Shown piece by piece: positions 31,024-40,343 of a DNA stretch of 64,000 nucleotides. The position numbers and the translations under genes were made by a program. The notes beneath the pieces were generated by a model. The model saw nothing but the letters and a program-made list of their open reading frames with translations, was not told the DNA's origin and made no database searches. Source of the DNA: Akkermansiaceae bacterium (GTDB lineage Bacteria; Verrucomicrobiota; Verrucomicrobiia; Verrucomicrobiales; Akkermansiaceae); NCBI GenBank assembly GCA_051251915.1, contig JBPOGF010000002.1, positions 32,001 through 96,000 on the forward strand, given 5' to 3'. The first letter of the stretch is position 1, and each line of letters opens with the position of its first letter.

Positions 31024-31799
31024 ATAGTGTCAAAAGTGATACCACCGATAGTAGCTGCGTTGAAGTTACTACCAACTGTGTTAGAATTGGCAGCAGAAAT
31101 GACGATCGTGTCGCCGGTAACAAGACCGGTGATGTCGAAGAAGTAGAGATCTGGTGCATTACCCGTGTTAGCGCCGCGATTATCTGTAGTGCTGGCAGAT
31201 AAACCACCAGCAGTGATTGTCAAATCTGTGAAACCAAGTCTAGAATCACCATTGTTTGTTCCGCCAATGACTCCGAGGCGAAGCGTCTCTCCGATTGCCT
31301 GATCAGCTGTCAGGGTGTAGGAGAAGAGATCGGTCAGTGGGATGGCCACACCACCTGTTCCACCATTGAAACCGACGTAACCAAGCCGAAGGGTGGCGTT
31401 ATTTGCGTCATTTTGGATAAAACCGGTAGTACCGTTGGCATTTTGGAAATTGCCATCTATATTATTGGTGCCATTTGCAACAGCAGCAGAGGTAAATGAC
31501 GGGACTCTCTCTTGCGAGACAGCAGTATTGGCATTAGCATTTTGAGCAGTGGTATTTGCGAAAAAATAGCCAGCAGTGCCGTAGCGGTTGTCGCCATCAA
31601 TATCAAGCGTCTTTGCGAAACTGGTATCGCTCCATTGGATCACTTCACTCGTAAGGGCAGGGGTGGAGTTGACACTGCCGGATCTGGTTGTAGCTCTTGT
31701 ATCAATTATTGAGTTCACAAAGGAAATGGAGCCTTGCGAAGTGATAGTGCTGGCGCAGAGGGCGGCGGTGATGATTGTTAGTGTGTGTGTGTGTTTCAT
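30948..31799 (-). CDS. PEP-CTERM surface protein (array gene 2)
   Basis: MKHTHTLTIITAALCA signal (ATG at 31799); body paralogous to 28827-29654; PEP-CTERM tail. Confidence 0.92.
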   Translation of the reverse strand: MKHTHTLTIITAALCASTITSQGSISFVNSIIDTRATTRSGSVNSTPALTSEVIQWSDTSFAKTLDIDGDNRYGTAGYFFANTTAQNANANTAVSQERVPSFTSAAVANGTNNIDGNFQNANGTTGFIQNDANNATLRLGYVGFNGGTGGVAIPLTDLFSYTLTADQAIGETLRLGVIGGTNNGDSRLGFTDLTITAGGLSASTTDNRGANTGNAPDLYFFDITGLVTGDTIVISAANSNTVGSNFNAATIGGITFDTIVVPEPSSTALLGLGGLALILRRRK

Positions 31800-32193
31800 A
31801 GGTTGTATTTGTTTACGTTGAGAAGGGGTTTGTGTAAAAATGACCATTATATTTGTATGATAATTCATCTCGACATTTGTTATCTAATAAAATCAGCTTA
31901 GCTGATGCAATACATTTATCATACCCTTTTTAGGGGAGGTGGTGATGTTTTTGAATAAAGGCTATTTATTATTTAGCTTTGATGCTTCAACTCAAAGTCA
32001 CAGAGATGTAATGATCTATGTGTTTATTTTATCAACAAAAAGTCCGTTGCCTCTATGAGGACAACGGACTGAATAAGATAGATTTCCAGTGATTAGGAAA
32101 ATGTTTAGTTAGCAACTACTACTTGCGGCGGCGTAGGATTAGGGCGAGGCTGCCTAGTCCGAGAAGTGCTGTTGATGATGGTTCTGGGACGAC
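31733..32193. repeat. ~450-bp direct repeat, copy B
   Basis: Aligns to 30572-31023. Confidence 0.9.
32037..32070 (-). terminator. Intrinsic terminator
   Basis: AGTCCGTTG...CAACGGACT stem plus an A-run. Confidence 0.85.
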
Positions 32194-32865
32194 TACGAAA
32201 TCAAAACCTTGGATGACAATGGCATCGTTACGGGTAAGGTCAGTCAGTGCAAGATCGAACGAATTCGTAAAAGCGAACGTTCCAACAGCATGGCTGAATG
32301 TGTTCTGGGTGTTACCCGCATTATTGTCATCTCCAGCTAGAAGAATTGAACCTTGATCTACGCCGGATTGATTGACCACAAGAGTTGAAGTATTATCTGA
32401 AGTTAGTGTGATGCTGTCCTGAGTTACATCTCCAAATGTTCCCCCAAATGAACCGTTAACGTCTTGGGACAACAAAGAAGTGAGCTGAATACTCTGGCCT
32501 GCTCCTAGTCCGGTCACATTGCTGATTGTAAATGTGAGCACTTCTGAGGTGCCTCCAATGACATTGAGGAATGTTCCAGAGTTTTCAACAGTAGAACCTA
32601 AGCCTCCATTTATTCTAACAATATCTCCAGATGCGCCGTTTGCGCCTCCCCCAGGATTAACCGCTGAGACTGTGACATCAAATGTAACGCCTGTTGAACC
32701 CATATCTTGGGATGAGAAAACGAATCCGCCGCCGTTAACATTGCCGGAAGAACCTGCAGTGGTGAAGTCCACTAAGAGAGTTACAGCAGAAGCCATTGAT
32801 GGGATCATTAGCGAGAGTAGAAAAATTGAATTTGATTTGAGTTTCATTTTTTTGGTGATTTTCAT
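32119..32865 (-). CDS. PEP-CTERM surface protein (array gene 1)
   Basis: Signal peptide; VPEPSSTALLGLGSLALILRRRK. Confidence 0.92.
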   Translation of the reverse strand: MKITKKMKLKSNSIFLLSLMIPSMASAVTLLVDFTTAGSSGNVNGGGFVFSSQDMGSTGVTFDVTVSAVNPGGGANGASGDIVRINGGLGSTVENSGTFLNVIGGTSEVLTFTISNVTGLGAGQSIQLTSLLSQDVNGSFGGTFGDVTQDSITLTSDNTSTLVVNQSGVDQGSILLAGDDNNAGNTQNTFSHAVGTFAFTNSFDLALTDLTRNDAIVIQGFDFVVVPEPSSTALLGLGSLALILRRRK

Positions 32866-32939
32866 ATTTTGTATGTGTTGTATTCAATAGGTGATTTTTA
32901 TTTTCACTACTGGATCTTTAAGAGTCAGTGTGATCTGTC

Positions 32940-32983
32940 ATACTATCTGGTCTTCCACGGGTGTCAACTGGTCAAATGACCAG
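32940..32983 (-). promoter_or_regulatory. Sigma70-like promoter with an abutting perfect 7-2-7 palindrome
   Basis: Minus strand reads CTGGTCA-TT-TGACCAG then TTGACA-N16-TAGTAT. Confidence 0.65.
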
Positions 32984-33020
32984 AATAGGGGATAGATGAC
33001 ACAAATATCTTTGCAAAAAA

Positions 33021-33656
33021 CTAAATGATTCCTGATCTAAATGCTTTAGCTACAGCTCCTGACTGGGAGTGGACTTGTAGTTTGCGGTAGATGTTTTCTA
33101 GGTGGAAGGCTGCGGTGCGGCGGCTGACGCCGAGTTGAGCAGCGATTTCCTTGATGGAGTGATCAGCGGCTAGGAGGTGGAGCACTTCGTGCTCGCGTTC
33201 GGTGAGATTGAACTCCTCGTTGGAGGTGGGTTTACGCATTTCATCTAGGACAATTTTGGCGACAGCTGGGCTCAAGGCGGCTGCTCCGTGGAAGACTTGT
33301 TGTATTCCTTGGATGATTTCTGCGCCGGTTGCTGTTTTGAGTAGGTAGCCAGCGGCACCGGCATCGAGAGCTTCTAGGACTTTCTCTTTTTCTTGGAATA
33401 CGGTGATGACGATGACTGCGACATCAGAAGCTAGTATGGCGAGCTTGCGGATGCCTTCGACGCCATTCATGCCAGGAAGACCTAGATCCATGAGGATTAG
33501 GTCAGGGTGTCCATGGGTTTTTAGGGCATCAAACATGTCGATGCAAGAAGGGAACACGCGACTACAATGAATGCTGTCCTCGTTATTGAACAAGCTTTTG
33601 AGCGTGCGGCGGTAACTTGCGTCATCTTCTACTATCCATGTTATGATTGGTGTCAT
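33021..33656 (-). CDS. NarL/FixJ-family response regulator (REC + LuxR HTH)
   Basis: IVEDD, DLILMDLGLPGMNG, GYLLK, LTEREHEVL...IYRKLQVHS. Confidence 0.95.
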   Translation of the reverse strand: MTPIITWIVEDDASYRRTLKSLFNNEDSIHCSRVFPSCIDMFDALKTHGHPDLILMDLGLPGMNGVEGIRKLAILASDVAVIVITVFQEKEKVLEALDAGAAGYLLKTATGAEIIQGIQQVFHGAAALSPAVAKIVLDEMRKPTSNEEFNLTEREHEVLHLLAADHSIKEIAAQLGVSRRTAAFHLENIYRKLQVHSQSGAVAKAFRSGII

Positions 33657-33658
33657 CG

Positions 33659-35764
33659 TTAATTTGAGGTTTTATAGCTATTGTTTGGTTCTTTGGAAAG
33701 AGCGGACATTGGGACGGTTAATACGATCGTAGTTCCTTTTGCTGGAGTTGAGCTCAGATCCATGTGGCCACCTATTTCTTGCGCACGTTGTTTCATGCTA
33801 CCGAGCCCCCAGCCGTCTAATTTTTTCGATGTGTCAAAGCCTCTACCGTTATCGCTTACTGTAATCTGTATCTTTCTTATTGGTCGCTGAATCTCTGAGA
33901 CTGAGAATTTCACTTGGGTGGCATGTGCATGACGTGCGCTATTATGGATGAGTTCCTTGAAGAACATGATCATATGACGTTTAATGGGCAGTGAGATAAT
34001 CTCATCTGGACAGTCGTCTGGAATTTCTACGGTCACTTCTGCTCCATTCAAGACTCTTTCTGCTCGCTCGGTGAGTTTCTGCACCAGAGCTGGCAGACGG
34101 ATCAATTTCTGATCCACCAGCCAAACTACTTCTCTAAGTGAGACGCATGCTTCACGGGTCATGAGAGCGAGATCAAACATACCTGCTTTCATGCGGTCAC
34201 TGCGGGCGACTCCTTCTAGCTGTCCAGCCATGAGGGAAATACTGCCTAGATTGCTGCCTACTTCATCATGCAGGTCAGCATAGATCTGTCTGCGTAGTCT
34301 ATTTTCTGCCTTTCTTCTACTTTGTAGCATGAACCATGCAAAGGCTAGAATTCCGGTCAAGGTCAGGGCCACTGAGGCGATTAAGGCACGCTTGCTAATG
34401 CGCTGCCAGCGATCTTTCAGCAGGGAGCGCTCGGCTTTTAGCATAACAAGCCTAGACTCGTGGCTTTTACCCGCGGCTAGTTGTTGGAACCAATCAGGCA
34501 GCGAAAGAATGTTCTGGCCGCTTACTTTACCATCAATGAGTGTTCCAAGGTCGAAATTCATCTCTGGGTCTAGTCCTCGGAGTGATACTCGGGCACCCTG
34601 CGATAGAATCTTTTTTCCTTTGATGATTTCGATCTCGCCTAGGGAAAAAACAGCCTGCTCTTGATATAGGGGGAAATCATTAAATTCGATCTCAAGAGCG
34701 TGCAATTTTCTAGTGCTTCCAGGAAGGCGGACCATGTTATTGTCGTATTTTCCAAGTATTGACCATTCATTTATGGGGGTACGACGACGGTAGTCATTGC
34801 TGCCATTTTTCTTCCTTAGTAGGTAGAATTTCACTGAATTTGGGAATCCATAGCCAGGGACATCAATGCCATCAGGATTCTGCCCTGGAAAAAGGTTTAT
34901 CCAACCTAGCTCCTCTAATTTATCTAATTCCACCCGAATAATGAGTGGCTGATCTAGGTGAGAGGAAGGAAGGTTCATGATCAGATTCTCTCCACCTACG
35001 TTTGTTGCTGAGAGTGGCATTCCAAGGGTTTGGCGTTGAGATGCTAGATATTTTTTTCCCCAGTAAGGTGCGGATTCATAGCTAGATGAAGCCGCGATTA
35101 TCCTTGTCAGTTGTTGTTCCCCCTGCCGTATGGGATGAATTCTGCCCAGTGTGAAAAACTCGACTCCATTTTCTTCATGTCCAGCAAAGACCTCTAGGAG
35201 CAATTGAGTTGTGGGCATTTCACCTTCTGGGAAACTAAAATACACTGGCCGCATTCCTGGGTTTGGGAAATCCTCAGTTGTCCAGTCTACTAACACTTTG
35301 TTTGTATTACCAAAGCGATCTAGGGAACAGATTCTAAAGCGCTTAGGAAACGCGTAGCCTTTTAGGTCTGAGGAGCGTTGATCGATTGCAGGTAATAATA
35401 CCACCGCCATGGTTGGATTTGTTCCTGCACCAAATTTGATCTTCCACAACGGTTCTTCTGGTAAGCCATTAACGGCCGGTATGTAATCAGAGTGGTAGCC
35501 AAAGGAATCAAGTTGTTTAGCAGTCTGTAGCGGGGCCAGAGCATTGAGGGCTTGTTCCTCCTGTTTTATGAGTTCAGCTAATTTCTCTAATCGGTTACGG
35601 ATTTGAAACATAGAGACCTCTGTAGTCTGAGAAACTTCAGAGGCTTGCTGTGGGCGAAGAGGATCCGAGTATGGCTCGTTGGCCTGTGCCTCGACCCAGA
35701 AACAAGCAAGTATGCTGATGAGGCTCATCAGACGGGATAATTGCTTGGTTTTAGGGTTTGGCAT
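33659..35764 (-). CDS. Sensor histidine kinase (HisKA_3 type) with a large extracytoplasmic domain
   Basis: Signal peptide, single TM, DLHDEVGSNL H-box, ELIHNSARHA, VSDNGRGFD, GWGLGSM, GTTI. Confidence 0.92.
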   Translation of the reverse strand: MPNPKTKQLSRLMSLISILACFWVEAQANEPYSDPLRPQQASEVSQTTEVSMFQIRNRLEKLAELIKQEEQALNALAPLQTAKQLDSFGYHSDYIPAVNGLPEEPLWKIKFGAGTNPTMAVVLLPAIDQRSSDLKGYAFPKRFRICSLDRFGNTNKVLVDWTTEDFPNPGMRPVYFSFPEGEMPTTQLLLEVFAGHEENGVEFFTLGRIHPIRQGEQQLTRIIAASSSYESAPYWGKKYLASQRQTLGMPLSATNVGGENLIMNLPSSHLDQPLIIRVELDKLEELGWINLFPGQNPDGIDVPGYGFPNSVKFYLLRKKNGSNDYRRRTPINEWSILGKYDNNMVRLPGSTRKLHALEIEFNDFPLYQEQAVFSLGEIEIIKGKKILSQGARVSLRGLDPEMNFDLGTLIDGKVSGQNILSLPDWFQQLAAGKSHESRLVMLKAERSLLKDRWQRISKRALIASVALTLTGILAFAWFMLQSRRKAENRLRRQIYADLHDEVGSNLGSISLMAGQLEGVARSDRMKAGMFDLALMTREACVSLREVVWLVDQKLIRLPALVQKLTERAERVLNGAEVTVEIPDDCPDEIISLPIKRHMIMFFKELIHNSARHAHATQVKFSVSEIQRPIRKIQITVSDNGRGFDTSKKLDGWGLGSMKQRAQEIGGHMDLSSTPAKGTTIVLTVPMSALSKEPNNSYKTSN

Positions 35765-35788
35765 TACGTTATTTTCTGGTGTCTGGGG

Positions 35789-37267
35789 TTATTTCCAGAG
35801 TTTAAGATTAGGCTTATCGTTTTTCTGTTGGGGACCAGTGTTGCTGCGGCCGGTTGTGACGTAGGTTTCGAACTGTTTGAATAGGCGTTCTACTTGTTCT
35901 GGGTTTTTGTCGAAGAGGTTTTTGGTTTCTCCTGGGTCGGTTTCTAGGTCGTAGAGTTGGCCTTTGGTGTTACTTTTAGGGGTTGCTGACCAGCCTCCCG
36001 AGCCTTTGGTGAGGATTAGTTTCCATTTGCCTTGGCGGTAAGCGAAGTGGCCTTTGATGGAGTGGTTGATGATGCCTTTGCGGGTGGTTTCTATTTGTTT
36101 GCCTGTGAGTGCGGGGACGATGCTGACGCTGTCCTCGGCGGCATTTGCTGGGATTTCTGCGCCGGCTAGGTCTGCGCAGGTTGCCATGAAGTCTGTGAGG
36201 CAGATGATTTCATGGCTTGTGGTGGCTGGCTTGATTTTGGCTGGCCATTTGATGATGAATGGGACGCGGTGTCCGCCTTCCCAGATGTCTGATTTGTAGC
36301 CTCGGTATTGGGCGCTGGGGTAGTGGCCTTTTGCTTCGAGTTCTGTTGCTCCGGCTTGTTTGGCGGAGCAGCCGTTGTCGCTGGAGACGAGGAGGAGGGT
36401 GTTATTGGTGAGGCCTTTGGCGTCTAGGGCTTTGACGATGGTGCCGACGAAGTTATCTGTCTGCATCATGAAGTCACCGTAGTCACCGAGGCCGCTTTTG
36501 CCTTGCCATTTTTCTGTGGGGACGATGGGTGTGTGTGGTGATGGGAGTGAGAGGTAGGCGAAGAAGGGTTTGTCTTTGGATTGTTGGTTGATGTAGGCGA
36601 CGGATTTTTCTGCTAGTTCGTCTAGGACGTTGATGACTTTGAAGTCTGGGTGTGCGGGGCCTTGGCGGTTGGGGTGGGGTTCTATTTCTACGGTTGCTTC
36701 GCCTACGAATTTGTTGTTTTCTATGTAGATGTATGGAGGCATGTCTAGGGAGCCGGCGATGCCGAAGAAGTAGTCGAATCCGAGGGTGTGTGGGCCGTTG
36801 GCGATGGTGCCTTTCCAGTCTACTTTTGCTTTTCCTGGACCTTTTGGAAGGGTCATGCCGATGTGCCATTTGCCGATCATGCCGGTGTTGTAGCCGGCTT
36901 TTTTTAGCATGCTGGCGACTGTGAGGCGGTTTAGTGGGATGAGTGGTTTGCCGTAGCCGTTGAGGACGCCGGCGCTTTTCTTGGTGCGCCAGCAGTAGCG
37001 GCCTGTGATGACGCTGTAGCGGGATGGGGTGCAGACGGATGAGCTGGTGTGGGCGTCTGTGAAGGTGATGCCGTCTGCGGCGAGTTTGTCGGTGTGTGGG
37101 GTGGGGATTTTTCCGCGTTCTGGGTTGAGGGTGTGGACGTCTCCGTAGCCCATGTCGTCTGCGAAGATGAAGACGATGTTGGGGCGTGGGGCTGGGGGTA
37201 AGGTTTCAGTCTGTGCTGTGGCTGTGAGTGTGGTGGTGGCTGCGAGTAGTGGTAGATAGAGTTTCAT
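35789..37267 (-). CDS. Sulfatase (S1, Cys-type)
   Basis: PNIVFIFADDMGYGD, CTPSR, GKWHIG, SDNG. Confidence 0.95.
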   Translation of the reverse strand: MKLYLPLLAATTTLTATAQTETLPPAPRPNIVFIFADDMGYGDVHTLNPERGKIPTPHTDKLAADGITFTDAHTSSSVCTPSRYSVITGRYCWRTKKSAGVLNGYGKPLIPLNRLTVASMLKKAGYNTGMIGKWHIGMTLPKGPGKAKVDWKGTIANGPHTLGFDYFFGIAGSLDMPPYIYIENNKFVGEATVEIEPHPNRQGPAHPDFKVINVLDELAEKSVAYINQQSKDKPFFAYLSLPSPHTPIVPTEKWQGKSGLGDYGDFMMQTDNFVGTIVKALDAKGLTNNTLLLVSSDNGCSAKQAGATELEAKGHYPSAQYRGYKSDIWEGGHRVPFIIKWPAKIKPATTSHEIICLTDFMATCADLAGAEIPANAAEDSVSIVPALTGKQIETTRKGIINHSIKGHFAYRQGKWKLILTKGSGGWSATPKSNTKGQLYDLETDPGETKNLFDKNPEQVERLFKQFETYVTTGRSNTGPQQKNDKPNLKLWK

Positions 37268-38743
37268 TTACTTTCTTTCTGTTAGAGTTTTTGGATCATT
37301 TACCAGTCCTGGTGTGCGGGTGTTTTGTTTTAGATTGGTTTGGAAGGTTTTGGCGTAGGTGGTGAGTTGTTTGGCGATTTCTGGGTGGGTTTGGATGAGG
37401 TTGTTTGCTTCAGCTTTGTCGTCTTCTAGGTTGTAGAGGGCCATGGTGGGGGAGCTGGAGGCTTTGCCGCGTTTGTTGTTAGATTTTGTTCCTGCTTTGT
37501 GGGGCTTGCCGATGTGGAGTTTCCATTTGCCGGAGCGGATGGCTTTGAGGGAGTTGCCTTTGAAGTAGTAGAAGGCTTGGTGGGGGGATGGGGCGTTGGT
37601 TGTTAGGGCGGGGAGGATGTCTTTGCCGTCGATGATGCGGTCGGTGGGGATTTCTGCGGAGGCTAGTTTTGTGAAGGTGGGGAGGAGATCCATGGCGGTC
37701 ATTAGGGTGTTGATGGATTGGCCAGCGGGGATGTTGCCAGGCCAACGGATGACGGTGGGGACGCGCTGGCCTGCTTCGTAGGAGCTGCCTTTGCCTCCGG
37801 TGAGGGGGGCGGTTTTTCCTACGGATGGGCCGTTGTCTGAGGTGAAGATGACGAGGGTTTTTTGGTCGATGTTGTGGGCTTTTAGGGAGGTTAGGATTTG
37901 GCCTACTGACCAGTCGATCTCGGTGATGGAGTGGTTGTAGATTTTGTCGCGGGTGAAGTAGTCGATGCCTTGTTCGTCTTTTAGTTTTTCTTTTAGTTCA
38001 TCTGGGATGTCTTTCATGAATGGGGGTGACATGTGGATGGGGCGGTGTGGGATGGGGTGTGGGATGTAGAGGAAGAAGGGTTCGTCTTTGTGACGGGTGA
38101 TGAAGTCGACGGCGCGTTCTGTGATGCGTTTTGTGAGGTAGTCTGCGTCTGGTGCTACCTCGATGACTTTTTCCATTTCCATGAGGGGGAGTGGTGGGAA
38201 GTTGTGCTTTTTGTTGTTGGTGTGGAAGGGGTGGATGTCGTGGCTGTAGGGGAGGCCGAAGAATTCGTCGAAGCCTTGGCGGGTGGGGAGGAATTCTGGT
38301 TGGTCGCCGAGGTGCCATTTGCCGAAGATGCCGGTTTTGTAGCCGACGGATTTGAGGGTTTCTGCGATGGTGATTTCGTCTGGGTTGAGGCCGTTTTTGT
38401 CACCTGCGAAGAAGACGCCTGCTGCTAGGCCGAGGCGCTTGGGATAGCTGCCGGTCATGAGGGCGGCGCGGGATGGGGTGCAGACGGAGCCTGCGACGTA
38501 GAAGTCGGTGAGCTTGGCACCTTCTGCGGCCATTAGGTCGATGTTGGGGGTTTTGACGTGGTTGCCGCCGAAGCATCCTAGGTCTGCGTAGCCTTGGTCA
38601 TCTGTGAGGATGATGATGAAGTTTGGTTTGTCTGCGGCTTTGCGAGTGGTGCTGGGAGTCTCTGCGGCCAATGCAGAATGGATTACGCCTAATGTTAGAG
38701 CTAGTGCGAGGGTCGTGAGTTTGAGCGGGATGAAATTTTGCAT
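37268..38743 (-). CDS. Sulfatase (S1, Cys-type)
   Basis: PNFIIILTDDQGY, CTPSR, GKWHLG, SDNG. Confidence 0.95.
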   Translation of the reverse strand: MQNFIPLKLTTLALALTLGVIHSALAAETPSTTRKAADKPNFIIILTDDQGYADLGCFGGNHVKTPNIDLMAAEGAKLTDFYVAGSVCTPSRAALMTGSYPKRLGLAAGVFFAGDKNGLNPDEITIAETLKSVGYKTGIFGKWHLGDQPEFLPTRQGFDEFFGLPYSHDIHPFHTNNKKHNFPPLPLMEMEKVIEVAPDADYLTKRITERAVDFITRHKDEPFFLYIPHPIPHRPIHMSPPFMKDIPDELKEKLKDEQGIDYFTRDKIYNHSITEIDWSVGQILTSLKAHNIDQKTLVIFTSDNGPSVGKTAPLTGGKGSSYEAGQRVPTVIRWPGNIPAGQSINTLMTAMDLLPTFTKLASAEIPTDRIIDGKDILPALTTNAPSPHQAFYYFKGNSLKAIRSGKWKLHIGKPHKAGTKSNNKRGKASSSPTMALYNLEDDKAEANNLIQTHPEIAKQLTTYAKTFQTNLKQNTRTPGLVNDPKTLTERK

Positions 38744-38913
38744 TAGGGAATTTATATGTGAGAAATTCTAGAGAACTAGCATTTTAGCTAGTTAAGCAAA
38801 CTAGTCTATGGGGACACTGGCTCAAGCAAAATAGTTGGATATTTTGTCATACAAATTACCTCCATAGGATACAATCACCTAGGTTCTTCTTACATAGAGA
38901 TGACGGAGGTGAA

Positions 38914-40173
38914 TTACTTCTTGTTGATCGTAAGTAAGGCGTCTGCGAATGCTTTGCCGGCTTGGGCGTGGAATTTGGCTGAGCCTTCGTAGTGGATGAA
39001 TCCGCCGATGGCTGTGGCTCGTTGCCAGAGGGTTATTTCTTCTGGGGTGAGGACGGTGGCGCGGAATTTTTCGGTGTGTTCTCTGCGTTGGTCTAGGGTC
39101 ATGTAGCCGTCTGCGTTTGGGAAGTCTGGGTGTTTTTTTGCTAGTTTTTGTGCGTATGCTTTTACTTTGAGTTGTTTTTGGGAGATGCGGCCGATGGAGT
39201 CTTCGACGAATGGGGCGGTCTGGACTGCGGTGACGGTGTCTTTGAATTCTGGCATGTGGGCTGGTGCGGCGACGGCTTTACGGAAGAGTTTCATGCGGTC
39301 TTCAGCGTTGTTTGGTGCTTTGAATGTGCCTGGGGTGTAGTTTCCGTAGACTCCGATGACGCCTAGGGCGAAGGGGAGAGTTGGGGCTTTGAGGTCTTTG
39401 CGGACGTCGCGGATGAACTGCGCTAGGAGTTGGCTATAGAGGTGGTATTGTTTTTCACCTTTGGAGTTTGGGTATGTGCCGAGGTCGACGAAGTCATTCC
39501 AGCCTTGGAACCAGACGAAGCCTGAGAGTTCATAGCCTGCTTGTGGGTCGTATTCTGGGTAGACGCGTTTGATGTCGGTGAGGACTTTCTGGACGTGGTC
39601 TATCATGTAGCGGTAGTTTCTGCCGGTGGCTTCTTTCTTCTGTGCTTTGAATGTTTCTAGCTTGCCGCTGGCGGTGTATTTTTCGATTTGTTCTTGGTTG
39701 AGTTCGTAGGGGCCTGAGCCTGGGGAGCGGTAGTCTGCGTTGAGGTTTTGGCCGCCCCATGCGGTTTTGATGATGAGGATGGGGCCGTCGTATGCTTCTT
39801 CCATGGTGATGCCGAAGAGGTATTCTGGGCCGATGAATTCGTCTGGCTGGGTGGGGTCTTGTCTGCGGACGCCGTAGCCGGCTGTTAGTTTGCCGAAGCC
39901 TTCTGCTCCTGGTTGGTTCATTTTGCCGTTGAGTGATGAGATCCAGACTCGGTCGAGGGTTTTTGGTTTGCCGTCAGGGGTGAGCATTTTTTTGAGGAGT
40001 GGGGCGGCTTTCGGGTCGTCACCGATGTGTGGGAAGGTGTCGATGCCGCCGGTGCCTACCATGTTAGATTGGCCTGCCATGATGAAAATTTTGAGTGGTT
40101 TCTTTGCGAGGGCTGGGGTGATGGAGCAAAGGGCAATCATGGTGGTGATGATGATTTTAGAGATGTGGATCAT
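38914..40173 (-). CDS. SGNH/SASA-domain carbohydrate esterase
   Basis: Signal peptide, IMAGQSNMVG, IKTAWGG, GFVWFQGWND, C-terminal HY. Confidence 0.8.
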   Translation of the reverse strand: MIHISKIIITTMIALCSITPALAKKPLKIFIMAGQSNMVGTGGIDTFPHIGDDPKAAPLLKKMLTPDGKPKTLDRVWISSLNGKMNQPGAEGFGKLTAGYGVRRQDPTQPDEFIGPEYLFGITMEEAYDGPILIIKTAWGGQNLNADYRSPGSGPYELNQEQIEKYTASGKLETFKAQKKEATGRNYRYMIDHVQKVLTDIKRVYPEYDPQAGYELSGFVWFQGWNDFVDLGTYPNSKGEKQYHLYSQLLAQFIRDVRKDLKAPTLPFALGVIGVYGNYTPGTFKAPNNAEDRMKLFRKAVAAPAHMPEFKDTVTAVQTAPFVEDSIGRISQKQLKVKAYAQKLAKKHPDFPNADGYMTLDQRREHTEKFRATVLTPEEITLWQRATAIGGFIHYEGSAKFHAQAGKAFADALLTINKK

Positions 40174-40343
40174 ATTTTCTTTTCTATGTTATGCTTTGGC
40201 TAATGTTGCTTTTTTGAGGATTAGGTCAAGCGTTAGATGGGTATGAAATTTGGAAGGTAGCGGCTTAGGCTTGGTAGTTTTTGAAATTGGTGTAGGGTGC
40301 GGGTGTAATTTAATTTAAACCTTACATCTAGTTAGAAAGTCTT

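Noticed and set aside
28745..32193. Array repeats as CRISPR, integron attC sites, a shufflon or a diversity-generating retroelement
   Set aside because: The repeats are long gene-flank duplications. There is no short repeat-spacer periodicity, no RYYYAAC...GTTRRRY attC ends, no inverted sites, and no cas, integrase, invertase or reverse transcriptase gene in the window
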